From: an uncultured Pirellulales bacterium
GTDB taxonomy: Bacteria; Planctomycetota; Phycisphaerae; Sedimentisphaerales; Anaerohalosphaeraceae
Length of the DNA: 64,000 nt
Assembly: GCA_964386005.1 (NCBI GenBank)
Contig: CAYLSB010000015.1
Span: 2,986 to 66,985 of the forward strand
Direction of reading: 5' to 3'
The number at the start of each line of letters is the position of its first letter. The stretch's first letter is position 1. The notes beneath the pieces are model-generated. The model made no database searches. It had not been told where the DNA came from and saw only the letters and a program-made list of their open reading frames with translations. Below, piece after piece: positions 25,694 through 36,063 of this stretch. Position numbers and translations under genes: made by a program.

Positions 25694-26770
25694 ATGATCA
25701 AATTCCGGTGCGTGAAATGCAACCAGAAGCTGGGTGTGCCGGATGAATGGTCGGGCAAGCGGATCCGGTGTAGCCGGTGCAGCGAACCGAACCAGGTTCC
25801 TCGACCACAGCCTTCGGCTGAGACAACTCACGTTTCGATAACGCCATCGGCGCCAGTCGCCGGCGATGAGGGGACGCAGGATATCGGAGCGATGAATCTA
25901 TTGGATGTTCAGGGGAAGGATCTCCCACGTTCGGACGATCTCGGCGATCCCATCCTTTCCCAGGAGCATATCCCGATTTCAGAGTATCGAATGGCCGGGA
26001 GGGTCGAAGATACGTCCTTTCGCAGGTTGTCCTTGCCCAAAGGGGTGCTATTGATTCCGTTCAGTGTTTTGACATCCTTGATCTGTGCCGTAGCGGCGGC
26101 GCTGTTGTGGGCGTATCTGTCTTCAATACTCGGATGGAGATTGAATGGTCTTGCCGTTTTGGTCGCCGCATCCGCTGGATTTGGACTTGTGGCGGTACAG
26201 AGAAAGCAACATTTCGGGATCGGACTGGTATCGGTCTGTATTGGCTTGGTTGGGATCGTATGCGGAAAGTATTTTGTCAGTCGATGGACCCTCATGCCGC
26301 AATTTCAAAAAACCATGCAGCAAGGTTTGGATATTCTGGATTCACAAACTATTCCTCCCCGGCAGATGAGCAGGATGGTGAATGAACCGGATATTGTGTA
26401 CGATAGCGTATGTATGCAGTTGTCCAAAGAGGGGCATTATTCGCATGAAATTGCGATCCAGATTGTCAAGCAGAATCGTCAGGGAACGATTCCGACCGCA
26501 GATTCGGCCGAGATTGCCAGTGCTCAGGAACGGATTCAGGCGGCGATCAAAGAATGGCCGGATCCAAACAAAGTCGATGCGATCCGGACGTATTATTATC
26601 CTCTTCAACGGGAAATGGTGGAACAGGCCCTGGAGAGTAAAGCGGGTAAGGCATTAACAAAAACCGCGGCATTTCTCCGATCGTTTTCTCTATTCGATTT
26701 GATCTGGCTGCCGATGTCGATCTGGGTGGCCTTTCGCATTGGCGCCGTTACGGAAGGGATACCCGCGTGA
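25694..26770 (+). CDS. Hypothetical membrane protein with an N-terminal zinc-ribbon
   Basis: ATG 25694 lies 7 nt after GGGAGG. It begins MIKFRCVKCNQKLGVPDEWSGKRIRCSRCSE (CxxC...CxxC) and has several TM helices. Confidence 0.55.
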   Translation: MIKFRCVKCNQKLGVPDEWSGKRIRCSRCSEPNQVPRPQPSAETTHVSITPSAPVAGDEGTQDIGAMNLLDVQGKDLPRSDDLGDPILSQEHIPISEYRMAGRVEDTSFRRLSLPKGVLLIPFSVLTSLICAVAAALLWAYLSSILGWRLNGLAVLVAASAGFGLVAVQRKQHFGIGLVSVCIGLVGIVCGKYFVSRWTLMPQFQKTMQQGLDILDSQTIPPRQMSRMVNEPDIVYDSVCMQLSKEGHYSHEIAIQIVKQNRQGTIPTADSAEIASAQERIQAAIKEWPDPNKVDAIRTYYYPLQREMVEQALESKAGKALTKTAAFLRSFSLFDLIWLPMSIWVAFRIGAVTEGIPA

Positions 26771-26910
26771 GAGGCGAATCTCAAAATCGATCGCATCGCA
26801 TACGGAAAACATAAGAGTCAAAAGAACGCCTTGACGGGTCTCCATTGGATGGGGGGCCGTCTGGTTATGGGGGTCATTGCTGCGATTTTATGGATCGGGA
26901 GGGTTTGAGA

Positions 26911-26938
26911 TTGACAGGAGAGAGGATTTCGCTATACT
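26911..26938 (+). promoter_or_regulatory. Candidate promoter for the etfBA / acyl-CoA dehydrogenase operon
   Basis: TTGACA (26911-26916), a 16-nt spacer, then TATACT (26933-26938), about 55 nt upstream of the etfB GTG. Confidence 0.45.
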
Positions 26939-26993
26939 CACGAAACCCAGCGGAAGTTAGTAAATCCTGTATGCATGACACCGGGAGGCAGAT

Positions 26994-27860
26994 GTGTCCT
27001 ACAATTGCGTTGTTTTAATCAAACAAGTGCCTGATACCAAACGAATTACAGGTCAGGCCATGAATGAAGACGGGACGGTGAATCGAGCGGCGTTGCCGGC
27101 GATTTTCAACCCGGAGGATCTCCATGCGCTGGAATTGGCGCTTCAAATCAAGGATCAATACGGCGGCAAAGTTACGGTGATTACCATGGGTCTTCCCGCG
27201 GCAGGCGATGTATTGCGCCAGGCCTTGTATCGAGGAGCCGACGAAGCGATTCTGATTACGGATCCGCGTTGTGCCGCCAGCGATACGCTGGCGACCAGTT
27301 ACATCCTCCATTGTGCGGTCCGACGGTTACCGTTCGATATCGTTCTGTGCGGTCGACAGGCGATTGACGGGGACACCGCCCAGGTGGGTCCGCAGACGGC
27401 CGAGAAACTGGGGATTCCGCAGATCAGTTATGTCGAAAATCTGCTGGGGATCGAGGACCAAACAATTACGCTCCGCCGGAACCTCGGAAACGGATTCCAG
27501 GAGGTGCGTGGCGCGTTGCCGATCCTTCTGACCGTCCTGGATACGGCCAACGAACCTCGTGTGCCCAGCGCCAAGCGTCTGATGAAATACAAGAAGAGCC
27601 GATCGCGAGCCGAATTACCCAAAGATACCGCCGACCGGGATTATGCCGATCTGACGGCGAAGGGATTGGCCATTCGTCAATGGGATTTGGACGTATTAGC
27701 GGCCGATCTGACCTGGTGCGGTCGCGACGGTTCTCCGACAAAAGTACATCGGATTCAGAGTGTGGTCCTGACCGCCAAGGAGACCAAACAGGTACCTCCG
27801 ACGGAAGGGGGAATACGCACGATGATTCATGAACTGATCGAAGACCATACCCTTGGATAA
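26994..27860 (+). CDS. etfB: Electron transfer flavoprotein beta subunit (clostridial / group-2-like)
   Basis: VVLIKQVPDTKRI..., NPEDLHALELALQIKD, GADEAILITD, ASDTLATSYIL and CGRQAIDGDTAQVGPQTAEKLGIPQ. GTG start after GGGAGG. Confidence 0.9.
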   Translation: MSYNCVVLIKQVPDTKRITGQAMNEDGTVNRAALPAIFNPEDLHALELALQIKDQYGGKVTVITMGLPAAGDVLRQALYRGADEAILITDPRCAASDTLATSYILHCAVRRLPFDIVLCGRQAIDGDTAQVGPQTAEKLGIPQISYVENLLGIEDQTITLRRNLGNGFQEVRGALPILLTVLDTANEPRVPSAKRLMKYKKSRSRAELPKDTADRDYADLTAKGLAIRQWDLDVLAADLTWCGRDGSPTKVHRIQSVVLTAKETKQVPPTEGGIRTMIHELIEDHTLG

Positions 27861-27906
27861 GAATCCGGCCGAATCGGTTCGGACGGAACAAAGAAAGGAA
27901 CAGGAA

Positions 27907-28935
27907 ATGATCGAAGTCAATCCCGCCGGAGAACTATGGATTTTCGCCGAGCAGCATCGCGGTAAGCTCGAAGAGACTCCGCTGGAGTTGATGAGCAAAG
28001 GACGTCAACTGGCCGACGCGCTGAACGTCAAATTGGCGGCGGTGTTACTGGGGCAGCGTTGTGAAGGATTCATCGATCGGCTAAGCCATTACGGCGCCGA
28101 CAAGGTCTATCTGGCCGAGCATCCGTTGCTGGAACACTACCAGACGAATTCCTATGCCCGCGTGATCAGCGATTTGATTCACAAGCATAAACCTCAGATC
28201 GTGTTATATGGGGCGACCCCGTGCGGGCGCGATCTCGCTCCGCGGATTGCCAGCGCGGTCAAGGCCGGCCTGACGGCGGACTGTACCGACCTTCAGATCG
28301 GCGATCACGAAGTAAAGAAAACAGGTCAGGTTTATAAAAATCTGCTCTTCCAGGTCCGCCCGGCGTTCGGCGGCAACATCATAGCGACGATCATTAATTT
28401 CGACCGCTGGCCGCAGATGGCCACCGTTCGGGAAGGCGTGATGCCGATGCCGACGCCCAACACGGCCAACAAGGCGCAGGTGGTTCGCGAAACGGTCCAT
28501 CTGACGCAGGAGGATTTGCCCATCCGGATTCTTCGCGAACAGATCGAAGAACGAAAGATCAACCTCAAGGCGTCGCGTGTGATTGTCGCCGGCGGCGCCG
28601 GCGTGGGCAGTAAGGAAAATTTCCGGCTCGTGTGGGACTTGGCGCATTGTCTGGGTGCGGCGGCTGCCGGTACGCGGGCGGCCGTCGATTTGGGATTTAT
28701 CGACCGGGATCACCAGGTCGGCCAGACGGGGACGACCGTTCGTCCAAGTCTGTATGTGGCGGTGGGAATCAGCGGGGCGATTCAGCATCAGGCCGGTATG
28801 AGCGAAAGCCAAAAGATTGTGGCCGTAAATAATGATCCCGAAGCGCCGATCTTCAACATCGCCCACTACAAGATCGTCGGCGATCTCAACGAAGTCGTCC
28901 CGATGATGATCAAAGCTTTGAAAGAAAAGAGATAG
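27907..28935 (+). CDS. etfA: Electron transfer flavoprotein alpha subunit
   Basis: Start trimmed to MIEVNPAGELWIFAEQHRGKL. The FAD-binding C-terminal half reads VIVAGGAGVGSKENF...GTRAAVDLGF...QVGQTGTTVRPSLYVAVGISGAIQH. Confidence 0.9.
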   Translation: MIEVNPAGELWIFAEQHRGKLEETPLELMSKGRQLADALNVKLAAVLLGQRCEGFIDRLSHYGADKVYLAEHPLLEHYQTNSYARVISDLIHKHKPQIVLYGATPCGRDLAPRIASAVKAGLTADCTDLQIGDHEVKKTGQVYKNLLFQVRPAFGGNIIATIINFDRWPQMATVREGVMPMPTPNTANKAQVVRETVHLTQEDLPIRILREQIEERKINLKASRVIVAGGAGVGSKENFRLVWDLAHCLGAAAAGTRAAVDLGFIDRDHQVGQTGTTVRPSLYVAVGISGAIQHQAGMSESQKIVAVNNDPEAPIFNIAHYKIVGDLNEVVPMMIKALKEKR

Positions 28936-28955
28936 ATCCTGGACAAGGATGAGAG

Positions 28956-30761
28956 ATGGCAAATTTCTACAAGGATAATGATGATATTCAATTTCTGATA
29001 CGGCATCTCGATTTGGCCGAATTGGCCCGCTATCAGGAAGAGGGATTCCGTTTTGCCCGGGAATGTGATTATGCTCCTGCCGATGCCTCGGAAGCGATTC
29101 AGAACTATCAACTGGTTCTGGATACCATGGGCCAGCTCAGTGGAGACTTTATCGCGCCGCGAAGCGAAGAGATCGACCGCGAAGGCAATACCCTCAACGA
29201 AGACGGCTCCGTCACCTATGCCAAAGGAATCCGTGAATCTCTCGACGCATTGGCGAAGGCGGACGTGATGGGTTTCACGCTGCCTTATCGTTTTGGCGGG
29301 TTGAATTGTCCAAACCTGATTTATACGGCGGCGACGGAAATGGTTTCGCGGGCGGATGCCCCCCTGATGAATATTTTCGGCCTGCAGGGGATTGCCGAAA
29401 CGATTAATGCGTTTGCGGATGAGGCGATCAAACAGCAATATCTTCCAGCGTTTTCGGCCGGAAAAGTAACCGGCGCGATGGTGTTGACCGAGCCGGATGC
29501 CGGTTCCGATTTGCAATCGGTGAAACTGCGGGCCTTTCAGGATCAGGATGGAAACTGGTATCTGCACGGCGTCAAACGGTTCATCACAAACGGCTGCGGC
29601 GAAGTCCTTTTGGTGATGGCGCGCAGCGAACCGGACCGCAGCGGCGGGCTCGGCCTGAGTTTGTTTGTCTGCGATCGCGGGCCGACCGTGCATGTCCGGC
29701 GGTTGGAAGACAAGCTGGGAATTCATGGTTCGCCGACGTGCGAGCTGTTTTTCGATAATACGCCCTGCAAACTGATCGGCGAACGGCAGCGGGGCCTGGT
29801 GACGTATGTGATGGCTCTGATGAACGGCGCTCGGATTGGGATTGCCGCACAATCGATGGGTATCGCCGAAGCGGCATGGCGCGTGGCGCGGGATTATGCG
29901 GCCAGCCGGGAACAGTTCGGAGTGGCGATTGAACGGTTGCCTGCGGTTCGGGAACTGGTGACCCATATGAAGATCGAGATGGAGGCCGGGCGGGCTCTGT
30001 TGTATGAAACATGCCGCGCGGTCGATATCGAGATCGGCATTCTGAAAGCCATGGAAAATCCGGCGACGGACAAGGACACGATCATGGAATTAAAAAATCA
30101 GAGTCGCAAGTACAAACGGTTGACCGCGATGCTGACGCCGATGAGCAAATATTATTGTTCGGAAATGAGCAATCGCGTGACCTACGATTCGATCCAGGTT
30201 CTCGGCGGCAGCGGTTATATGCGCGATTATCCGTGCGAGCGTTTGGCGCGGGATGCGAGGATCACGACGATCTATGAAGGCACCAGCCAGTTGCAGGTGG
30301 TTGCCGCGGTTCGCGGGGTATGCGGCGGTACGGCGGAAAAGTTTCTGGAAGAACTAGCCGGAAAAACGTACGATCCGCAAGTACAGGATCTTGTGGGAAT
30401 CTTGTCGCGGGGGACGGAAGAACTCAAGCGGGCCATCGCTTTTGTGAAAGAAGCGGGCATCGATTACATGGATCTGTACGGTCGGGAGATTGTGGATATC
30501 GCGATCCATCTGATCGTCGGGTATCTGTTCTGCGATCAGGCCGGTACGAAGATTGCGATGGATGTCCCCGTGGCCGGTGGCGGTACCAACGGTTCGCCCA
30601 CGATGATCTCCATGAAGGAACGCAAGGCAAGAATCGCCAGACGTTTCATTTCACGAAATGTTCCTAAGATCAAAGCCCGGGCGGACCGCGTATGCAGCGG
30701 CGATCGATCGACATTCAACGAATACGAGTCCATCGTCGGGCCCGTCCCCGAGTTGATTTAA
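28956..30761 (+). CDS. Acyl-CoA dehydrogenase (long, about 600-aa form)
   Basis: ACAD motifs are present: GAMVLTEPDAGSDL, VKRFITNG, QVLGGSGYMRDYPCERLARDARITTIYEGTSQLQ. It lies immediately downstream of etfBA. Confidence 0.9.
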   Translation: MANFYKDNDDIQFLIRHLDLAELARYQEEGFRFARECDYAPADASEAIQNYQLVLDTMGQLSGDFIAPRSEEIDREGNTLNEDGSVTYAKGIRESLDALAKADVMGFTLPYRFGGLNCPNLIYTAATEMVSRADAPLMNIFGLQGIAETINAFADEAIKQQYLPAFSAGKVTGAMVLTEPDAGSDLQSVKLRAFQDQDGNWYLHGVKRFITNGCGEVLLVMARSEPDRSGGLGLSLFVCDRGPTVHVRRLEDKLGIHGSPTCELFFDNTPCKLIGERQRGLVTYVMALMNGARIGIAAQSMGIAEAAWRVARDYAASREQFGVAIERLPAVRELVTHMKIEMEAGRALLYETCRAVDIEIGILKAMENPATDKDTIMELKNQSRKYKRLTAMLTPMSKYYCSEMSNRVTYDSIQVLGGSGYMRDYPCERLARDARITTIYEGTSQLQVVAAVRGVCGGTAEKFLEELAGKTYDPQVQDLVGILSRGTEELKRAIAFVKEAGIDYMDLYGREIVDIAIHLIVGYLFCDQAGTKIAMDVPVAGGGTNGSPTMISMKERKARIARRFISRNVPKIKARADRVCSGDRSTFNEYESIVGPVPELI

Positions 30762-30787
30762 TTGTATGGCGATCCAAAAGGGATTCA

Positions 30788-31471
30788 ATGCTTCAAGCGG
30801 TGATATTCGATTTTGACGGCGTGATCGCCGATTCTGAACCGATTCATTGTCAGGCGTTTCTGGACGTGTTGCCGCGATACGGTATCCCCCTGACGGAAGA
30901 ATTATACTATCGAGATTATCTTGGCTATACGGATGCCGATATGATCGCCGCTCTTTGCGAGGATTTTCACATCCGACTGGAGGATCAAACCCGAGTGGAG
31001 GCGTTGGCCGAAAAAGCCGACAAGTTTGCGGAATTCATTCGTCAAAAAGACCCGCTGATTGCGGGAGTGCCGGCTTTTGTAATGATGCTCAAGGAAAACG
31101 GATTGCCGCTGGGGATTTGTTCGGGAGCTCTGAAAAGCGATATCGAGATGATTCTTGACGGGGGAGATTTCTCCCGAGCGTTTGATGTTATCGTAACCGC
31201 CGACGATGTCGCCAAGGGCAAGCCCGACCCGGAGGGATTCTTGATCGCACTTGATCGTCTCAATGAAACAACCGGTAGATGCATCGATCCGGCCGGATGT
31301 GTCGTCATCGAGGATTCATTTTGGGGACTTCAGGCGGCACAGGCGGCCGGAATGAAGAGGGTGGCCGTCACGCATACCTATCCGAGAGAACAACTGCAAG
31401 CATTTGCGGATTGCGTTGTGGATGATGTAAAACAAATCCGTTTGTCGGATCTTCAGGTCTTGTGCAGATAA
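30788..31471 (+). CDS. HAD-superfamily hydrolase (beta-phosphoglucomutase-like subfamily)
   Basis: Start trimmed to MLQAVIFDFDGVIADSE (DxDG motif I), with later SGA and GKPDP...EDS motifs. Confidence 0.8.
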   Translation: MLQAVIFDFDGVIADSEPIHCQAFLDVLPRYGIPLTEELYYRDYLGYTDADMIAALCEDFHIRLEDQTRVEALAEKADKFAEFIRQKDPLIAGVPAFVMMLKENGLPLGICSGALKSDIEMILDGGDFSRAFDVIVTADDVAKGKPDPEGFLIALDRLNETTGRCIDPAGCVVIEDSFWGLQAAQAAGMKRVAVTHTYPREQLQAFADCVVDDVKQIRLSDLQVLCR

Positions 31472-31554
31472 GTGTTTTGTCTTATTCAACCAGATGTCGA
31501 ACGATATCCAAAATGATGATTATCCTATTGGAATAGGGGTTTGTACGGTCTGAC

Positions 31555-31582
31555 TTGACTTTTTGATCTTTCCGACTATACT
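31555..31582 (+). promoter_or_regulatory. Candidate promoter for dnaG-rpoD
   Basis: TTGACT (31555-31560), a 16-nt spacer, then TATACT (31577-31582), about 155 nt upstream of the dnaG GTG. Confidence 0.45.
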
Positions 31583-31739
31583 TTAGTATCCTTTTAGCCA
31601 GCCAAGAAACCGCCGGAGGCAGGGCGGATTGGGATATCGTAAATGAATGGGCGGGATTGATCAGATCGGTCTGTAAAAAACGCGAAAATGATCGGATGCG
31701 AATCAAGGCGAGCCGGGTTGGATTCAAAACGAGGTAGAT

Positions 31740-33548
31740 GTGCCGGGAAAGTTTGATCAGAATCTGGTCAGCCGAATTCAGCAGGCCAGCGATATTGTTG
31801 AGGTGATTTCCGAACACCTGACTCTTCAGCGGAAGGGCAGGGATTTTGTCGGATTATGCCCGTTTCATTCGGACCATCGACCCAGCATGTATGTCAGTTC
31901 ATCCAAGCAAATCTTCAAATGTTTTGCCTGCGGGGCGGGGGGAGATGTTTTCAAGTTTGTGCAGCTTCGCGAAAATCTGGATTTCCCTCGGGCGATCCAG
32001 CGATTGGCCGAGCGGGCGGGGATTCGCTTTGAACCGATTCAGCGGGGTTCCGTCGGTGAATCGGGAACCGTGGCTGATCCGAAACAACTGGCGCGCGTCA
32101 ACTCGTGGGCGATGAAGATATTTCAGGGCAATCTGAATGATCCGCAGAAGGGGCAGGTTGCTCGGGACTATATTCGCAAGCGGCAGATCAACGAAGAATC
32201 GGCTCAACGATGGGGATTGGGAGTCGCGTTGGAAGGGTGGGATTCGCTGGTTTCCGCGGCGGTAAACCAGAAAATCAGCGAGAAACTCCTGGTCGCTTCG
32301 GGTCTGGCGGTTTTGGCCGATACCGGCCGATGTTATGACAAGTTTCGAAACCGGTTGATGTTTCCGATTCTGGATGTGACCGGCCGGGTCATTGGTTTCG
32401 GTGGACGGACTCTTGGCGATGATCCGGCCAAGTACATGAATTCTCCGACGACACCGCTGTTTGATAAGAGCAATAATGTATATGGCCTGGATCAGGCCCG
32501 TATCGAGATCGGTTCGAGCGAAACGGCGGTTGTGGTAGAAGGTTATACGGATGTGATGATGGCTCATCAGTTCGGTTGTCGGAACGTTGTGGCGGCGCTG
32601 GGCACGAGTTTTACCGAAGGTCATGCCCGATTGTTACGTCGATATGCCAAGAAGATCGTGTTGGTATTCGACAGCGATGTGGCCGGCCGCGAAGCGGCCA
32701 ATCGGGCCCTGGAAGTGTGCCTGTCGCAGAAAATCGATATCCAACTGGCCTTTGTCACAGAGGGAAAGGATCCGTGCGATTTTCTCCTTGCCGCCGGAGC
32801 CGATGCCTTTCGAAGGATCGTTGAACAAGCGGTGGATGTGATGGATTACAAATGGAAGCGGCTGATGGAAGGCCTTTCGGGCAAGGATACATTCATGGAT
32901 CGACAAGCCGCCATTGAAGAATACCTCCGTCCCGCAGCGACCGCGATTCGATCCGGCCGAATCGATCCGGTGGCGATGGGGCTGGTTATCGCCAGATTGT
33001 CGGAACGAATCGGGATGTCCAAAGATCAAGTCCGCCAAGAGTTACTTCGGCTTTCCGAACGTTCGGCCGGAAATGCGGTGATCGCTCAGCCGAACCAGCA
33101 GGTGGTGAGCATCAATCTCGGATCGGATATCCGAGCGAAGGTTCAGGCGGAGATTCTGAGTTTTCTTCTGAATGAACCGAAGTTGTACCCCGCAGTCCGG
33201 GGTCGGCTCAAGCTCGACTATTTTACCGATCCCTCCTGTCGGCAGATTGCCGAAGGATTGTTGGAATGCCTGGAAAACGGACGGGAAGTCACCGAGGCGG
33301 GTTTGTTGGCCGGAATCGAAGAAACGTCCACTGCGGCGACGCTGGTTCATCTGGCCGATCGGGGCCGAAATATCCAGCTCAATGCCCAACGGTTGGAACA
33401 ATCAATCGAGGCGTTGGAGACCCTGCAACGAGATGAACATCGCAGACAGATTCGTAGCGCCCTCACGGATGAAGATCGGCGATTACGCGACTATAGCAAG
33501 ATGCTGACGAAGAAAAACGTGAGGAATCCGGGTTTACTTCCCCGGTAA
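31740..33548 (+). CDS. dnaG: DNA primase
   Basis: Zinc-binding [35 protein letters not shown] and a Toprim core ([14 protein letters not shown]..., [14 protein letters not shown]). Confidence 0.9.
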   Translation: MPGKFDQNLVSRIQQASDIVEVISEHLTLQRKGRDFVGLCPFHSDHRPSMYVSSSKQIFKCFACGAGGDVFKFVQLRENLDFPRAIQRLAERAGIRFEPIQRGSVGESGTVADPKQLARVNSWAMKIFQGNLNDPQKGQVARDYIRKRQINEESAQRWGLGVALEGWDSLVSAAVNQKISEKLLVASGLAVLADTGRCYDKFRNRLMFPILDVTGRVIGFGGRTLGDDPAKYMNSPTTPLFDKSNNVYGLDQARIEIGSSETAVVVEGYTDVMMAHQFGCRNVVAALGTSFTEGHARLLRRYAKKIVLVFDSDVAGREAANRALEVCLSQKIDIQLAFVTEGKDPCDFLLAAGADAFRRIVEQAVDVMDYKWKRLMEGLSGKDTFMDRQAAIEEYLRPAATAIRSGRIDPVAMGLVIARLSERIGMSKDQVRQELLRLSERSAGNAVIAQPNQQVVSINLGSDIRAKVQAEILSFLLNEPKLYPAVRGRLKLDYFTDPSCRQIAEGLLECLENGREVTEAGLLAGIEETSTAATLVHLADRGRNIQLNAQRLEQSIEALETLQRDEHRRQIRSALTDEDRRLRDYSKMLTKKNVRNPGLLPR

Positions 33549-35521
33549 TGGCTCGTTTGGATGAAAGGATGATCATGGCAGACCAACGAAACAAGGCACG
33601 AGCGGAAAAGGCCAAACGACCTGTGTCCGGGACGCCGCGTTCGGCCGGAAAAGATTCGGCGGCTCGGCTCCCAAAACGGAAAGCGAAATCCAATCGGAAA
33701 GAACGTGACAAACATCAGGTGGATATTGTGGACATGAATACATCTTCGGAAGCAACGGAAATCCAATCTCCCGCGTCGTCGGACAAGAAGAATCGTCGAA
33801 AATCTGAAACCGCCAAAGCCATCGCCGCGGTCGGAACGGGTAAACCGGTCGATGAGATCGAGGCGAAGATCCGCGTGATCATCGAAAAAGGTAAAAAAAA
33901 CGGATTTCTGACCTATGAACAAATCAACGACGAACTGCCCGACGAGGCCATTACACCGGCTCGGCTCGATAGCTTATTGATGACTCTGGATGAGATGGGG
34001 GTTCAGATCCGTGATGAGGGGGATGCTCTTAAAGTCGGCGATGAGGATTTTGGCGACGCGGAAACGGTCGGAGTCGAGGAAGACGAAATGGCCGTTAAGG
34101 AAGACGAAGAACTGGAACGGGTCGTCGTGGAAGGCGAAGGTCGGAGGATCGACGATCCGGTCCGTATGTATTTGACGCAAATGGGCGAAATACCCCTGTT
34201 GTCGCGCGAAGAGGAAATCGCTCTGGCCAAGAAAATTGAGCTGACGCGGTTGGCCTTCCGGCGTCGAGTACTGGAAAACGACTATTGTGCCCGCAGCGCC
34301 GTGGAAATCCTGCAACAGGTCTGCGATGGGACGCTTCCATTCGACCGTACCATGAAGATGAGCACGACGGAAAATCTGATTCGATCCGTCGTCAAAAACC
34401 GTATGCCGCTGAATCTGCGTACGATTCATAAGCTTCTGGAGCGGAATATCGGGATCTTTCAACGGTCGCTTCATGCGATGTCGCTCGATGAGGCCAAGGG
34501 CGATCTGAAACAATTGCGACGCAACCGTCGCAAGGTGGCCACGCTGCTGGAGGAACTGAGCCTGCGGACCAGCCGGATTCAACCGATGATGAAGAAACTT
34601 CAGGGGATCCGACAGAAGATGCATCAACTGGAACAGATCATCCAGGCCGGTCCCAATCGTGAATACTCTCAGGACGATCTCAACTCCATGAAGCAGGAAC
34701 TGCGGGGACTTCAGGAACTGGTCTTTGAAACTCCCCGGCAGGTCGATAAGCGTCTGCGTTCCATCGAAGCGGTCTATAAGCAGTACGAGCAGGCCAAGCG
34801 GGATCTGTCCGGCGGGAACCTGCGTCTGGTCGTTTCCATCGCCAAGAAATACCGTAATCGCGGATTGAGTTTTCTCGATATTATCCAGGAAGGCAACACC
34901 GGCCTGATGCGCGCGGTGGATAAATACGAGTACCGACGAGGATACAAGTTCAGTACGTATGCGACGTGGTGGATCCGCCAGGCGATTACGCGGGCGATCG
35001 CCGATCATGCCCGCACCATCCGAATTCCCGTGCATATGATCGAAACGATGAGCAAACTGCGAACGATCAGCAAAAATCTGCACCAGGAGTTGGGTCGGGA
35101 ACCCACGATTGAAGAAATCGCTCATGGAGCCGAAATGAGCGTGGCCGAGGCCCGGCGCGTCATGAAGATTTCCAAGCACCCGTTCAGTCTGGATCGTCCG
35201 ATCGGCGAAAGCGAGGACAGCTACTTCGGGGATTTCATCGAAGACGAAAGCGTCGAATCCCCCGTGCAGTCGGCCACGCAGGAAATGCTCAAGGAACGGA
35301 TCGAAGATGTTCTCAATACGTTGACCTATCGCGAGAGGGAAATCATCAAACTTCGATATGGGATCGGTGACGGATACACGTACACCCTTGAAGAAGTCGG
35401 ACGAATTTTTAAAGTTACCCGCGAACGAGTTCGACAGGTCGAAGCCAAGGCGATTCGCAAGCTTCAACATCCGGTACGGGCAAGGAAACTGGAAGGTTTT
35501 CTGGATCACAAAGTCGTCTGA
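33548..35521 (+). CDS. rpoD: Primary RNA polymerase sigma factor RpoD with a basic N-terminal extension
   Basis: Regions 1.2-4.2 are clear ([113 protein letters not shown]). The ATG overlaps the dnaG stop (TAATG). An alternative start exists at 33575. Confidence 0.95.
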   Translation: MARLDERMIMADQRNKARAEKAKRPVSGTPRSAGKDSAARLPKRKAKSNRKERDKHQVDIVDMNTSSEATEIQSPASSDKKNRRKSETAKAIAAVGTGKPVDEIEAKIRVIIEKGKKNGFLTYEQINDELPDEAITPARLDSLLMTLDEMGVQIRDEGDALKVGDEDFGDAETVGVEEDEMAVKEDEELERVVVEGEGRRIDDPVRMYLTQMGEIPLLSREEEIALAKKIELTRLAFRRRVLENDYCARSAVEILQQVCDGTLPFDRTMKMSTTENLIRSVVKNRMPLNLRTIHKLLERNIGIFQRSLHAMSLDEAKGDLKQLRRNRRKVATLLEELSLRTSRIQPMMKKLQGIRQKMHQLEQIIQAGPNREYSQDDLNSMKQELRGLQELVFETPRQVDKRLRSIEAVYKQYEQAKRDLSGGNLRLVVSIAKKYRNRGLSFLDIIQEGNTGLMRAVDKYEYRRGYKFSTYATWWIRQAITRAIADHARTIRIPVHMIETMSKLRTISKNLHQELGREPTIEEIAHGAEMSVAEARRVMKISKHPFSLDRPIGESEDSYFGDFIEDESVESPVQSATQEMLKERIEDVLNTLTYREREIIKLRYGIGDGYTYTLEEVGRIFKVTRERVRQVEAKAIRKLQHPVRARKLEGFLDHKVV

Positions 35522-35648
35522 TCCGTTATCGATCGTTGTTCGAAGCGCAATGGAAAAACGTTCGGGAGCCCTGCTGGAACTCTTCGAAACCAATCCTCCG
35601 AACGAGGGATGACCGGCGAGAATAGCGGGGGGCAATTCTCTGTCTGGT

Positions 35649-35981
35649 TCAAAGCTTGACGAAACCGGCCAGTCCGCCTTTGCCTTTGGCCGCTTCGAAT
35701 TTTCCGCACCAGTCCACGTCGTACGTGATCGGCCAGATGCCCTCAAAACATTGCTTGCCTTCTTCGGAATAACAGGCCAGTTGCGGTTCTTTGACCCGGC
35801 ATTCGCCGACATTTCGACCGGGTACCTTACTGCAATGTCGGGCGTTGTCCCCGAACGGGATTGACTCTTCGTCGAGGGAATGCCACCAGCGACAGTCGGT
35901 ACATCGACCGTGGTCGTCCGCCGGGGGTGCGCTTTTTAAATGATCTAACTTGTGAATTTCCTGATGTGGTGTTGGTTCCAT
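35649..35981 (-). CDS. Hypothetical Cys-rich small protein
   Basis: 110 aa containing 8 Cys (CTDCRWWH..., HCSKVP..., GECRV..., LACY..., KQCF..., DWCGKFE). I recognise no family. Confidence 0.4.
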   Translation of the reverse strand: MEPTPHQEIHKLDHLKSAPPADDHGRCTDCRWWHSLDEESIPFGDNARHCSKVPGRNVGECRVKEPQLACYSEEGKQCFEGIWPITYDVDWCGKFEAAKGKGGLAGFVKL

Positions 35982-36063
35982 ACTCCTGCTTTACCTCCAA
36001 TAGTCGTTCCTGGCCAAGTGGATTTGACTCTACGCCCTTTCGCTTCCTATCGTATAGAGCGGA

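Noticed and set aside
28866-29966. 366-aa minus-strand ORF
   Set aside because: It is antisense to the etfA 3' end and the acyl-CoA dehydrogenase, and is Arg-rich.
33974-35812. 612-aa minus-strand ORF, the longest unexplained ORF in the track
   Set aside because: It is exactly antisense to rpoD, whose regions 1.2-4.2 are clear. This is the typical long shadow ORF of a codon-biased gene, and it has no recognisable domains.
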